NCBI GenBank assembly: GCA_965287045.1
Contig: OZ336883.1
Location: 69,626,001 to 69,690,000 of the forward strand
Direction of reading: 5' to 3'
Origin: Carcharhinus amblyrhynchos
Taxonomy: Eukaryota
DNA: 64,000 nt
The position numbers and the translations under genes are program-made. Shown here piece by piece: positions 28,721 through 43,796 of this stretch; the stretch's first letter is position 1, and every line of letters starts with the position of its first letter. Below the pieces are notes generated by a model, which was not told the DNA's origin, did not search any database, and saw only the letters and a list, made by a program, of their open reading frames with translations.

Positions 28721-28959
28721 ACAAGACATTTGAAAATCTAATACAATAAGAAATTTGGTTGCATCCAAAGTTCTCAAACAATTAGACTTCAGATTTCTCA
28801 TTTCTATTGAAATTAGTAGAATTAACAATTCTACTTAAAATATTTTTTATAACATATTGAAACATTTTCAAATCTTTTGCTATTTCATACCACTATGCTT
28901 TCATCACCTTTAGTGCCTTTAAAGAGCAGTTTGGCTTGCTATGTTATTCTTCCAACAGA

Positions 28960-29150
28960 CTCTTGAACATAAATCTAGGCTGGCACAGCAGGGCTGTGCT
29001 GTCTTTCAAGGCAAAGTCTGTCTGTTTGGGTAATTGCAAAACACCCCAATGCATTATTCAAAGCGGATCAGGGCAACTTCTCTCATTTCCTGGCCAATAT
29101 TTATTCCTCAACCAACATCACCGCAAATACATGAACTGAAAATTTATCTC
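28960..29150 (+). mobile_element. Ancient Deu-domain-type SINE relic
   Basis: cctggccaatatttattcctcaaccaacatcac resembles the Deu (AmnSINE/SacSINE) core as I recall it; heavily decayed. Confidence 0.5.
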
Positions 29151-29569
29151 CTTTTCTCGAAGTGAATAATTGGGGTCTGTTAAGTTAGAACTTGGGAGGC
29201 TGGGAAGTTGTTTTAAATTACAAAAGGGGTGGACTCTCGTGGGCTTTGCACTGGATTGGTCCCTTTAAATCACTGCGTGTACGTGGTTCCGTAAAAGAAA
29301 CAAGAGGGGCCCATACTTAAATAAATTACCCACACATTCCAAAAACAAACTGGAGGAAATGTTAAATGGGACAAGGAGACAGAATGAGATTGATTTCAGA
29401 GACTAGGTCTACAACATAGCAGCGCAGAAAATACATTAAAATAGGAGATTTAAACCAGAAACCAACAGGATTGCGACACTGTGGCATATCCACCAGGATT
29501 ACTGTTTGACTTAGAGACTATATTTAAGAACAGATTAGATTGAAGGACAGGGATATAGAATCATAGGAT

Positions 29570-30230
29570 TAAGACACTATCAGCAACTTGGGATTGCCAT
29601 TGACCAGAAACTGAACAGGATCAACCATATAAATACTGTGGCAACAATAGCAGATCAGAGGCTGGGAATTCTGAAACTTGTAACTCACCTCCTGACTCCC
29701 AAAATCCTGTCTGCCATCTACAGGGCACAAGTCAGGAGTGTGATGGAATACTCTCCATTTGCCTGGATGGGTACAGCTCCAACAAAACTTAAGAAACTCA
29801 ACACCATCCAGGACAAAGCAGCCCACCTGATTGGCAACCCACCCACCACCTTCAATATTTATTCCCTCCACTACCAATGTACAGTGAAAACAGTTTGCAC
29901 TATCTACAAAATACACTGCAGCAACTCATCAAGGATTTTTCGATAGCACCTTTCAAACCCAGAACCCCCATCACCTAGAAGGCCGAGGGTGGTAGATTCA
30001 AGGAAACACCACCTGCAAGTACCCTTCCAGGTCACACACCATCATGACTTATAAATATATCACCGTTCCTCACTGTCGCTTGGTCAAAATCCTGGAACTC
30101 CCTATCTCACAGCATGGTGAGTGTATCTGCAGCAGATGGACTGCAGCAGTTCAAGACAGTTTCTCAAGGACAATTAGGGATGAGCAATAAAAATGCTAGC
30201 CCAGCCAATGACAACTACATCCCTTGAAAG
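29570..30230 (+). mobile_element. LINE ORF2 C-terminus plus 3' UTR (CR1/L2 group)
   Basis: ORF 29638..29946 (IYRAQVRSVMEYSPFAW...LNTIQDKAAHLIG); tail caattagggatgagcaataaaaatgct. Confidence 0.82.
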
Positions 30231-30940
30231 AAAAACTTGATACCGACACACGCAAGTTGAGTAGACTTGCTTGCTTCTTTTGTACTTTATATAAAAAGCT
30301 ATGCAGGACCTTGTACGCAAAGTTGGCTGCTGCATTTGCCAACATAGCAACAGTGACTCTTCAAAGGTCAAGTATTCTGAAAGTCCCAAGCGTAAAAAAA
30401 TGCTGCATTCCTTCATTTGAAATGAATACATTTTAAAATAAGCTCTGAATTGGTTCATGGTAGTGCAATACCAAACTAGGGTGTCATGTGTGAGAGGCAC
30501 ACAGATTGAAACTCACACTTTGTTGCGCTGAGTTACTAACCTCGGAGGGAGATGCAGGCAATGGATGGAGTTAATTTATTCTAAACAATGTGCAAGAAGA
30601 TTTGACTGTTCACTCCCCAAAACTGAAAGCAAAGTTCTCTAGCTCACTTGAGGGCTCCCCCTACAGCACATTACAGAACATGTTTGTATAACCATGTGAG
30701 CGGTGCCCAATTTGGGTCCTTAAATTGAATACATTTCACATGATGACAAAAGAAGACATGAGGCCCAATAATGCAAAAAAAGATTGAGATATAGTTACAA
30801 GGCCATTTGTCAATGAATTTATGCAAACATCAGGAAGATGAAAACAATGTGGCAATTACTCAATAGTTTATTCTGAAGCCATTTAAGCTCGACAATATGC
30901 ATCAACATGTCAAATACCTGGCTTACCAAAAAATCCTGCA

Positions 30941-31735
<795 letters not shown>

Positions 31736-34410
31736 TTACAATAAGAGCTATGGGTACAATTAAAATTAAACAGGTAGTAGGAAATAAATTTGAGAGTAAT
31801 ACACATTTCATATACAAGCATTGAAGCCAAAAAGGAAATAGAGGATTGCAATTGTCTTAATACAAGAAACTAACCAATATCAGCAAATATTATATGCATT
31901 ATTTGGAGATGCCCAGACAGGTTAATCTTTGTGGAATGTCTTCAGGTATTAGACTGTCACTGAGCTTCCAAATACCATCCCAATGAAGCTTTATAGACAA
32001 TGAACAGGTCCCAGATATTTTACTAACATCATTATTGGCACAGAATATATCATAACATTAATGGAATTATATAATCATGGATTTGTGTAGTACAGAAATA
32101 AACTATTCAGCTCAAGTTAGTGCTGGTATTTTTCCCCATGAGTCAATTAATCTCACTTTCCCCTTTCCTCTCTCAAGGACCTCAATATTCCTTTTATAAG
32201 CAGCCATCTAACATTTCTTAAAAATAAATTAAATGCTAATTCAATAACAGCTTGTGGACTAGAATCTATATTTTAACCAGTTGTTATGCGGAGACATTTT
32301 TAAAAATCTTCGCTTGATTCCTCTTTTGCCGTCATTTTATATTTATAACCCACTTATCTTCTCTTTAAATTGGAAACAAACTGCTGCAATGTATATTAAA
32401 ACAACCTTTCATAATTTCAAAGACTCCATCAGGTCCCCTTTTAATTTTCGTAGCACCAGTAAAAAGAAAAGCCACCACTTCCTTTGTAACCGCAATCCCT
32501 CAACCCAACAATCACCCGAAATATTCAATGTTACATTCTTCCACTGTCACTATCCTATCTTTAACTGTTCTGTCCAATAGTTGTACATTGTCTCCTTTTA
32601 CAATTTAACATCTTGCATAAATCCAACATTGCCTCTTGCTTTTGTATTCTGTATTTTTAGAAAGCATTATGTTTGCCTTCTCCTGTTGTTGTTTACCTGC
32701 TTTGCCTCTTTTTACCACTTGTGCACCTGCACAAGTTCGCTCTGCTTCTCTACTTCACTTAAAATTATTGTTTAAAGTGCACTTATTTTGCTTTTCTTTA
32801 GTTCATGTGCTTTAAAAATTGAATTACATCTGCTACTTATATTCACACCCCAACTGTGAGCCTATGTCCTCCTGTAGTCTTTACCATTACCTATGACAAT
32901 TTACTGTATGGGAGCCTATTCTCCCCTCCACCCACCCACTAATTAGATGTCACCAGCAAATTCCAATTTTATTCCCAAATTCCTAAATCCATTTTTTTTT
33001 TAAAAATCACTAAGAAAACAGAATAGGAAACTGAATAGATGTAGATGAATTAACAAGCTGTTATCCTAAGACTGGGGGAGCTTCTCAATGAAAACGCATA
33101 GATGGCCTAATTATTCCTTTTCTGACAGAAAACAGAACCAACTGAATGGTTGCTTATTACCCTCGATCAACGAGTCTCCGGAGAAGTAAAATCATTAACT
33201 CAACTCTAATAATTAGTTCAAATACATGAACAGATGGTACATGATCAGCATGTTGTGCTTTCTGTCCAGTGTTGCTTTCAACAAGAATTCACAGGTATCA
33301 GCTAAATGATTAATGATATCAGCTAAACTTCCTAAGTTTATATACGTTAGTAAATCCTAAACAATCTCCATTAAAGAATATTACAACACTGCATTTACTC
33401 ACTACTGCTTTTGTTGAAGTACTTACATCTGCTATTCCTGTAATGGTGCCTAAGAATCGCAGCTACAAAGCAGCAATCTCAGTCTACATTGTTCCTGTAA
33501 ACCAGCAGGTTTCTCATTAGAATATACGGGGAATTAATCTGTGTCTGAGCAAATGATCCTTTTCAAGCATAACGTCTAGTAACTGATGAGTTCTATACTG
33601 GTAGGAAAAGTCAGAGAAATTAATAGAACCAAGTTGGCAATTCAGATTAATTTCTACAAATACAATGAAAATTTGGCACTAATCTATTAGTTTAGGTTTG
33701 CCTATCCTGTTAACACATGCTCAGTTTGCACAGTGGCAACGTCACTTACTTTATCTGCTTAACCATTGGCACTTGCACACTGCCTATATAACACAGTTCT
33801 TATACAAAGCGACTCTGTGCCCTTCTGTCTCTTTTTACTGGGCATGTTAGAGGTGACGGCTATTGCAGCAGGTCGCAAAGATTTTACTTTAGGATCAAAA
33901 CATGGCAGGGGTTGGGGTGCTGTCATTACAAGGAGAAAAAACTGATAGAATAGAACAATATTTGAGTATAAATGTGAAAATCAACTCGAATTTCATGACT
34001 GAGACCAACTCACTTCACCTAACAACACGACGCCAATGCCGTTTTCATAAGTCAATGATTGCGTCAGTTTTGCAAACACTTATTCTGTAGAGTGCAACTG
34101 GCATTTACTTCATTAAGTACAGCTGGCAGGGGAAGACTTAATTTCTCTTATTGTCTTCTTTTCTCTAATATGCACACATCTCATCAAAACTATGGTAAAG
34201 CAAGGAATGACAGTGTTATTTTGGGTTTGATGTTTATGATTTTGAACTTGTTTAAGAAGGAGAATAAAAAATGGCAAAGATTAACCGATAATATTAGAAG
34301 AATGTTGTCTAACGTTTCTCATATATAGTGGCCACCTATTGTCTAATGGTGTTATTCTGTAAATAATACTGTGTAAATGTGCAAGACAGCTCCACTTCTA
34401 CATATAGAAA

Positions 34411-34714
34411 AAAAGTTAAAGTTTATTTATTAGAGTCACAAGTAGGCTTACATTAACATTGCAATGAAGTTACTGTAAAAATCCCCTCGTCGCCACACTC
34501 CAGTGCCTATTCAGGTAAACTGAGGGAGAATTTAGCACAGCCAATGCATCTAACCAGCAGAGCTTTCGGACTGTAGGAGGAAACCGGAAACTCGGAGGAA
34601 AGCCACGCAGACACGGGGAGAACGTGCAGACTCTGCACAGACAGTGGCCAAGCCAAGAATCGAACCCGAGTCTCTGGCACTGTGAGACAGCAGTGCTGAC
34701 CACTGTGCCATCCC
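34411..34714 (-). mobile_element. V-domain SINE, tail type 2
   Basis: Full-length reverse-complement match to the 6235-6531 family. Confidence 0.88.
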
Positions 34715-35335
34715 CAGACAATTCCACACACTCCAGGTGGAGGGCTATATAAACATGCAGCTTTCACCGTCCAGTTAGCAATGATTAAAATTAGCCAGGA
34801 ACCATCCCCCTAAACAGGCATCTGGTTCGAAACTTGGCATGTAGCTATGCTACTGCCTAGTAAACCTTACTGTAATCTTTTCCATCAAAAAAATAACCAA
34901 GCGCCTACATATCAGTGTGACGTACACAAAGCAGCACATCAGAAAGACAGCAAACAAATTAGCTTAGTTTTTCATAGGTATATTTCCCTTTAAAATGGTT
35001 CCTTTGGGAGCAATACAAAGTCAGATTATTAACTGGAAGGCTCTTTAGGTGAACATTCGATCAGCAAGAAAGAAATAGAAGTGTATCGTGAGTCAAACAG
35101 GGAACTTTAAATGTGCTAACATTATAACAGCACACTGAAGGCTAGCAAGCAACATAGTGAACAGATTGCTTTGAAAAATTAAAACAAAATCAGCATTATT
35201 CTTCCTCAGCTGGAAGGCTGAGTCAGTAGGCTGTTTAACTGAAAGGCCTGCCTTAGCTTTGTAAACCTTATAAAAATTATCTTTGAAGAAAGATTACTGA
35301 TATTTATTTTCCAATCTTAATAATCTTTTGATCTA

Positions 35336-35518
<183 letters not shown>

Positions 35519-36091
35519 CTAGGGGAAAACAGAGATTCAATAAATATCATTTCAGTTAAGTTATTCTACAATACTGATCTCCAGCTGCAAAAGCAAGTCA
35601 AGAAGACTCCTGCTTTACTACCTTGCTGAAATCATGTTCTGTCAAGACCAAGAAAGTACTTGAGAGCTTAAATATATGACTGGGAATGCCACTACCAGCT
35701 AGTAAATAATCAGTGCTCTGAATGGATCACCCAAGTATTGCTTGAGCAATGTAATAACAAGGTATGGGTCTATGGAGTGCCAAATGAAGCAATGCCAGAA
35801 TGGTTTCACAATGCTGACTTTTGGAGTCAGATTGGAACCTGACTGCCGTGTCTAATACCATTTTTGTGTTGATAAACAGTGGAAACTGCTGCCCACTGAC
35901 ACCAAATTGGCAACACACCTGTGCCCAAAGGTTTCCTGAAACTGTAGTGAACACAAACACGAATCTCCAACAATTATGAGACATTCTGCATTTTGGTCAG
36001 AGGGAAATAAATTATATATGTGAGGCGGTGGATAAAATAAAAGGAAATTGTTTAAAAGTAAGCCAAAATAACTAAGTCAAAAAAAAAGCCA

Positions 36092-36302
36092 ATTGCTTCT
36101 TTCTTGCTGCCATCAGACTTTTGAATGGCCTACCTTATATTAAGTTGATGTTTCTCTACACACTAGTTATGACCGTAACACTACATTCTAAACTTGCTCC
36201 TTTCCTTTTCTATGTACAGTACACTTTGTCTGTATAGCGCAGGAAAAACAATACTTTTCACTGTATACTAATACATGTGCCAGTATTAAATCAAATCAAA
36301 TC
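36092..36302 (+). mobile_element. Rex1/Babar-like LINE extreme 3' end
   Basis: gctgccatcagacttttgaatgg...taaatcaaatcaaatc. Confidence 0.75.
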
Positions 36303-37746
36303 GCCACTTTGAATCAACTTGCAAAAATCTGTGTATATTTAACAGGTGATTAATACAGATTTCAATGCAATGATAGGAGGGGAAAGACAGAACATTAATT
36401 TGGAAAGATGAGTGCACCCAGAAAAATACAAAACACATGGGTATTGAGCTTTCAGTCATGCAATCAATTCCCCATATATTCTGCACTTGATCCTGCTCAG
36501 AGATCACAAAAACATGCAGAATTTGTGACCACACTTCCCATTTGAGAAAACAGACGCAAATTCTGACCTTCTGTACACTCAATACAATTATAACGTTCAA
36601 AAGCTGCAGTGTAAAAAAAAACTATATTAAAAAAACGTTGAGTTAACTTTCCATTTTTAACACCTCAAAAACACGGTGAATTTAAATCTGACCTTTGCTG
36701 CAGCAACTGATCTCACTGCATACAAATAATTTTGTGTAGATTTAATTATATGACCACGTAAATGTTGCTAAGCTACTAAAGGGACTGTCAAATAGCACGT
36801 TCTGGGTTTCTATATTTAAAACAAGTTCAATGATTAACTATATCGGCAAGCTAAGACTGATTACAAGATGTTTCTTCAGCCATTAATTGTCAGCTAGCTA
36901 AACTTACATTCATCACATTCAGGGGTGTTGGTGGTGGTGGTTTGGGGGTTAGATATAACACATTTAGATCCAAATAAAACTGTCTTGTTTGACCCAGTAT
37001 CAGAAGAGCACTTTCCTGTGCATCATCAGTCATTGTTCTGTTTTCTGCATCATAAAACCCAACGTTGGTCTCCATTTGATTTTCTATTTGGTACAGTCAG
37101 TAAGAGTGATATGTCTGTGTGTCTGAGAGGGAAAGACAGAGTCTGTGTTGGAGACTGAGACTGGCCAAGCCAAGGAGTTATAAACTCTGAACACTGCTTA
37201 TGTCTAAACCAGTGGTTTCCATACTTGTTCTGACTGGGAAAGCTCGCTAGAAATGCTGGCACGTTCTTGAGGATCTCCACAAACATAAATTCACTGCCAG
37301 GAATTCCTGTCCTTACTTTTGTGAGTCAGTGTCAGCTACCCAACTGAAAAGATCCCTATCATTGCAGGGAAGAATATTTACAGGAACAAAAATATTGGTC
37401 AACAAATACAGAATAAATGCTAAATACAGAACGCTGGATATATTGTGCTCGTGCGTGAGGTTTGCCTGGCCCCAGATTAATAAATAATCTGATATGATGA
37501 TCATAGGATCTTAACATTTCTTAATATCTTATCCAAAATATATTCACAACACGTTTACTTCTGAACATACATTTGCTCCATGAGACAATTTGATATGGTG
37601 GATAAAAATGCAACATTGCTTAGAATGTTATTAACTTCCCATTGCATACTTCATACATGTAGAATAATAAACACAAAGAAATAACCTGCCTTAATATACA
37701 AGCCCTTGTATTCATAAGGACATTCAAAAGCACTTTACAGATAAGT

Positions 37747-39565
37747 ACAAAGAACAAAGAACACAGCACGGGAAACAGGCCCTTCGGCCCAACGGGTCCG
37801 CGCCGCCATCTTAACAATGTGTTTTTCCTCCTCCACCCTTGACCCATATCTATGCTTATGGTACTCCCATTGGAAACCAGATTAAGGGGAGAATAATTTA
37901 GGGACAATTTGTTACACCAATCAGCCTAAGAGCACATCTTTGGGGTGTGGGAGGAAACCGGAGCACCCGGAGGAAACCCACGCAACCACGGGGAGAATGC
38001 ACAAACTCCCACAGACACTGGCCCAAATCCAAGTATCTGCACAGCTAACAGTGATAGTCACTAAGCTGTTGTGGTGCCCATCTGCTGGTCCAGTTTTAAG
38101 CATACACAAACGATGCGAAGTACTAAGCTACTCTCGAAACATCCAAGAGCAGACCATGCACTACCCACCGTGTGCATGCCCCTCGTTAGACAACAAGGTG
38201 GACCGACGCACCTGCGGAGTAAAAGAGAAAAAACATCAACACATGTAACAGTAGATTTCCAGGAACGTCCCAAGGCTCTGATCCTTATTTAAAACAGTCT
38301 CCTATAACCCTCCATTCCTGTTTCGCTCATGTGTCCATCTAAGTAAACCTTAAACAAGTCCAATGTGCCTGCCTCCACCACCTTACTTGGCTGTGCATTC
38401 CATACCCCCATAACCCTCTGTGTGAAAAACCTCCCTCTAGCATCCAAATTATACCTCTCCCCCCTCATCCTAAGCCCGTGGCCCCTCATGATATTTGTCT
38501 CCAATCTAGGAAAAAGCCTGCCACTGTTTACTCTATCTATACTCTTCATTATTTTATACACCTCTATCAGATTCCCCCTTAATCTCCGTCTTTCTAAGGA
38601 AAAGAGCCCCAGTTTACCCAATCTTTCCTCATAACCCAGTCCTTCCATACCAGGCAGCATCCTGGTAAACCTCCTCTGCACTCTCTCCAGGGTCTCCACG
38701 TCCTTCCGGTAGTAAGGTGACCAGAACGGGACGCAATACTCCAAATGCGGTCTAACCAACGGTCTGTACAACTGTAGCATTAGATACCAGCTCTTGTACT
38801 CTATACCCCTTCCTATAAAGGCTAGCATACCATAAGCTTCCTTCGCAACCTTCTCCACCTGTGTTACCACCTTCAGAGACTTGTGCACCTGCACTCCCAG
38901 GTCCCTCTGCATTTCTATACTCTTAATAGGTCTACCCTTTATCATGTAACTCCCCTCTACATTATCCCTTCCAAAATGCATCACCTCGCACTTATCAGGA
39001 TTGAATTCCATCTGCCATTTATCTGCCCAATATACCAGCCAATATATCCTGCTGTGTCACCTGACACTCCTCCTCACTATTATCCACCAATCCTGCCATC
39101 TTTGCATCATCTGCAAACTTGCTGATCACACCACGTACGCCCTCTTCCAAGTCATTTATATATATTACGAATAGAAGAGGTCCTAGTACTGAGCCCTGCA
39201 GCACACCACTAGTGACAGACCTCCAGCTAGAAAGGAACCCTTCCACTACTACTCTCTGTCTCCTGTTGCCTAGCCAGTTTTCAATCCATCTAGATACCTG
39301 TCCCTGTATCCCATGAGCCTTAACCTTTTCTACCAACCTACCGTGAGGGACTTTGTCAAACGCCTTACTGAAATCCATATAGACAACATCAACGGCTCGT
39401 CCTTTGTCAACCGTTTTTGTCACCTCCTCAAAAAATTCTACCAGATTCGTAAGGCAAAACCTCCCATTAACAAAGCCACGCTGCGTATCCCTAATCAGAT
39501 CGCAACGCTCCAAATGCGTATACATCCTATCCCTAAGAATTTTTTCCAACAACTTTCCTACCACT
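37747..39565 (-). mobile_element. 5'-truncated CR1 LINE (RT domain, one frameshift) with a long 3' UTR containing a V-SINE core
   Basis: ORFs 39019..39564 ([26 protein letters not shown]) and 38289..39011; V core at about 37925-38030; CR1 tail gggccgaagggcctgtttcccgtgctgtgttctttgttctttgt. Confidence 0.88.
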
Positions 39566-39584
39566 GAAAGTACTAATGTGAAGT

Positions 39585-39810
39585 TTGTTGTAATGTCAGA
39601 AACACAGCAGCCAAGTTGTACACAGCAAGGTCTCAGAAACTGATATATGTTGGTCGCAACAAAAGGACTCCCTTCTCATTCTTGAAGCAATGCAGTGAGA
39701 TTTTCTATTCATTATTCTTAGCAATGTACTGAATTACGTGGTCAAATCCTGGAGCAGTTTAAAACCCATGATCTCCTGAATTAGTGGTGACAGTACTATA
39801 ACTGATAATA
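39585..39810 (-). mobile_element. Ancient Deu-domain-type SINE relic
   Basis: Decayed tRNA-like head at the right end and a tail resembling Deu/L2-tailed shark SINEs; assignment by recall only. Confidence 0.4.
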
Positions 39811-40029
39811 CACTGTTAATTTAAAATACTCCTTCAATTTAATTGATTTGCAGCGCCTACCAAGAGGATGAAGAGTCAAAGCGGAATGCATGATATAACC
39901 GATGTGCATCACAATGGCAGTATGTTTTGTAACTTCACATTCCATGGTTACTGGTTTCAAAATTAAGATATAAATTATTCAGCAATGCCTTGTTAAGGAA
40001 TTTCAAATTGTAGACATGGAGAGGGGATA

Positions 40030-40228
40030 ACACAGTCCAAAGATGTGCGGGTTAGGTTGATTGGCCATACTAAATTGCTCCTTTGTGTCCCGAGATGCAT
40101 AGCTTAGAGGGATTAGCAGGTAAATATGTAAGGATATGGGAATGGGGCCTGGGTGGGATTGTAGTTGGTGCAGACTCGATGGGCCAAGTAGCCTCTTTCT
40201 GCACTGTGGAGTTTCTATGATTCTATGA
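40030..40228 (+). mobile_element. 3' half of a V-domain SINE, tail type 1
   Basis: cacagtccaaagatgtgcgggttagg...tttctatgattctatga. Confidence 0.82.
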
Positions 40229-41599
40229 TAGCAAAAGGCAGAAAGGAAGCTTATAACAGTACGTTCTTCAGACTACAGACTGCAAATCAACAGACAATTG
40301 CAATGAAGTTGCTAATATTACAAAACTTAATGGATTTTATTCAAATTAACAAGCATATGAAGGAATTAGGGTTGAATATTAGTGAAGAATGCCAAACTTG
40401 CAGTTGGTACAAACAGTGACCTTAAAGTGAATCTGACAGTCAGTAATACTTTGGGAATCCATGATGTTGAGCCAGATTTTTGCTGTAGCTGGGCACAAAT
40501 GGCATCTGCTCTTTTCTGCTCACCAAGTTGCTGAAAGTGCGAGTTGAGAATGGCGGAGCGAGGGGACAAAGGGCAACTGTGTCCCAAGAGGACATGCAAG
40601 CAAACATGTAACCTCTCAACAAAACAGATTGAAGGATTGGGAAATAAAAAAAGTGCAAGGGCTGGGAAGTAAGTATGAGGCAGAATGGGTGAATTCAATG
40701 TCAACTCAAGTAAAAGTGAAGACAGAGAGAGGAAGTTTGGATTAAGAAGGTTAAAAAAAATTAGAAGGTTCAAAAATATAAAAAAACTTGGGCTGCCACG
40801 GGAATTGGAGTAGGTGAGAGGCGGAGCATGGGGAGATCCATTGACCTCAGTGGGGGGATTTTACAATTTCAGGACGAGCAAGGCTTTAAAATCCCACCTT
40901 TAAAGTAGCAATAAGACTCAACACTTGTAATAAACAATTTCTAGCATCAAATTAGCAGTAATTAACAATGATTCCATTTTTAAAAGGGCACGTACACTTG
41001 AAATGCCAGGCGAAATTCTCCCAGAAATTTTTAAATGTTGTCCCCAGCAGGAAAACCAGTGAGATTCCCACTGGGAGAGCCACTGTGATTCATTTCACAA
41101 CTCAGCCACACTTAGAAATCTTTTTGGAGCCTGAGGAGAATCTCATTAAATTGTCCCACATTTAGAATAATTTTTGGAGTAGGGGCCTAAAGATGCTGGC
41201 AAGGCTGGCTCTTGAGAAATTGGGGCACCCTTTTTTCCAGCCCTGTCTGCCACTGGGATTTTTTGGTCCCACTAGAAGTCTTTTGCTTGGCCCGCCACAT
41301 CCCCAACTATGACTGGTCCCACCAAGGGGATGCTGTAAAACCCTAGCTTTTGTCTCCAATAATAATGCAATTGCAACTATCACAGAAATGCTTTGGAGTA
41401 AATCGTAAGCCTGGCTGCAATAAGGGATCTCAGTTAACTTCATGAGATACCAGGTGGAGTTTTACTAGCAGCCTGTAATTTATGATGACATTGATGGAAT
41501 TGTGCACCACTTTTATTTTCTGTTTTTACCTTTTCCCAAGTGATTAGAATTAAAATTTGAGGTCCCAGCAGCATGCATGCATGTAAAACATTTCCAATA

Positions 41600-43790
41600 A
41601 ACAGCGGGAGAAGCTTTTCAGTGGTGTAACCCGCAGTCAGCTGACAATGCTGCATCTACAGGCAGCCTATTGAAGAATCTCCTGGTCAAAAAGGGAGGCA
41701 GTGCTTCACTGCCAAGATGTTCCACAGATTGAGACTACCACCATCAAAGCTATCAGTGATTGCCAAAGCAGGCCGGCCCCATGATTTAGCAATGTTCCCG
41801 CCACCAGGGAAACGTGACAGGTGACGTTCCCTAAGGGTGTGTGAGAAGGCCTTCCCGCTAGACCAAGCCAGAGTGGACAGAGGTGCAGAGAAGGTGAGCC
41901 ATCAATGGGTGACCAGGTGACCCTGGATCCAATGAAAGAAATAGGTGAACAGCTTGCTCCGATCTGCAAGGGGGCCTGCCAGTGCCATATCTTCAACAGT
42001 GATGGGGTCATCAATAATGTGCTTGTTACACTGGGCAGCTATTCAGAAGAATGAATGTATGTTTAGCCTCAGTGCCTCACGGCAATTCAGACCGAAGTGT
42101 GTAGGAGATTGCCTTGCATATGTGCTTGGAAACAATGTTTGAATGACGGGACCATACATCTATGGGGATACATACGAACAAGAGTGTTCCTTGGCATGTC
42201 ACTAACATGCTACTTTGTCATACAAGACAAGCAAGCCCACAACAGCAGCGGGAGGATGCAGGTGAAGGTGTGCTCGACCTTCCTTTCATTACACCAGCAG
42301 TGAAGGCAGCTATAGCGATAACTTGCAATGACAGAGTGTGGCAGGCAGGGAGGTTGGACCAGCCAGTCGCAAGGTGGACAAGACAACCATCCTTTAGGTG
42401 GCAAATGGGCAAGCAGGATGCATAACCTTTGTGGTTCTTTTTGTTCTCCACTACGTCATTCAAGGACTAGGCTGCAGCCAAGAAGAAGCTAGAACAAAGC
42501 AACCAGTGTCCCAGACGTAGCACCATCATTTCCTTCACCTTCCACTTCCAGCAGCCCAGACAGTCTTGGGAGGGTTCACGCATAGATTTGAGAGTACCAT
42601 CCCATGATCACATTGCAGACGCATCCAAGCAGTTGGGGTAGGATGTGACAGCTGGGTCCCCTGAAGATCGGCTGATTGCTGAGGGCCAGGCCCTTGTTGA
42701 TCCCCACACTGATGGGGCTCTGGGCTTGGCCACAAAATGCCTGTTGGACATGCAGCGGGCATCAGAGGGAAATATGGTAAAAACTATGCGCTGTGCTGGA
42801 TATAGAGGAATCCATGCTAGCCATGAATTCTACTGTGTTTCAGGCACTGGAGTTGATGGCTTCATCTATGGGGAGGATGGCAACCACCACAGAGGGTCAG
42901 GTCAAACATTCAGTTCATACGCACTCTGACTTGCCTTTCATTGCTCCATCCATGGGCTCAGTGCAGCAGCAGCTCAGCAAGAGGGGAACACTGCCCCCCC
43001 GCCACCCCTATGCCTGGAACAAAGGGCTTATCTCATAAAGGAAGGTTGAAGAGGTTAGACCTACGGCCAGTGGAGTTCCTGGCAGCAGTTACACATCTCT
43101 CTTGGCCTTGGCATTCATGTGAAGTGGGATAATTTAAATAATTCAACATTAAAATTGATACTAAGATGAATATTAATATATTGATATTAAGATGAATATT
43201 AAGTAGGCAAATGTAGTTATGAGCATTAGCAGCTTTAAATATAGCAAGCGCCGTTATTCAAGAACTTTCTCAACATAATGGGAAATATAGCTAACACAGG
43301 CATGATGGTGAGAGAATCTAATAATCACAACACTTAATGACCTTCACAGGATGAATGAATAATGTTAGAGTGTTAAAACAAATGGTAGGCATAAATCGCA
43401 GGCATTATTAGCCTCACAGTGAGATAACAGCAGACATCTGCAGCCTGTATGAATCTGCTTATTAGGATTTTATAATGTGTGATAACCAAAAGATATTAAT
43501 ATGTTACACAGCCTTTTGTACCAGGGAGATAACTCATAGAGGCAGGCAGTGTCCCCCAAGCATGCTTGTGATTAAAAGTCTTGGTTATAGAACACACCAG
43601 GTTTGAGTGGTCTTAGCTTTTACCACAACACAGGTAAGATACATTGGCATTCATGGGCTCCTCCTCATCCTCTGATAAATTCTCCTCATCCTCATGCTCT
43701 TCCCCTTGCTGCATCTGTTCTGCGCTGCAACAACAGCTTGTGGAGTGAACTGCAGACCACTACTGTCTGTGACGTCCTCTGGGACGTGAG
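41600..43790. mobile_element. Probable decayed PIF/Harbinger-like DNA transposon fragments
   Basis: GC-richer block; minus-strand remnant VVVCSSLHKLLLQR plus acidic tail (about 43660-43770) resembles the Harbinger transposase C-terminal CxxLHN region; plus-strand coiled-coil-like remnant (EESMLAMNSTVFQALELMASSMGRMAT). No intact ORF or TIR confirmed. Confidence 0.4.
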
Positions 43791-43796
43791 TTGCAC

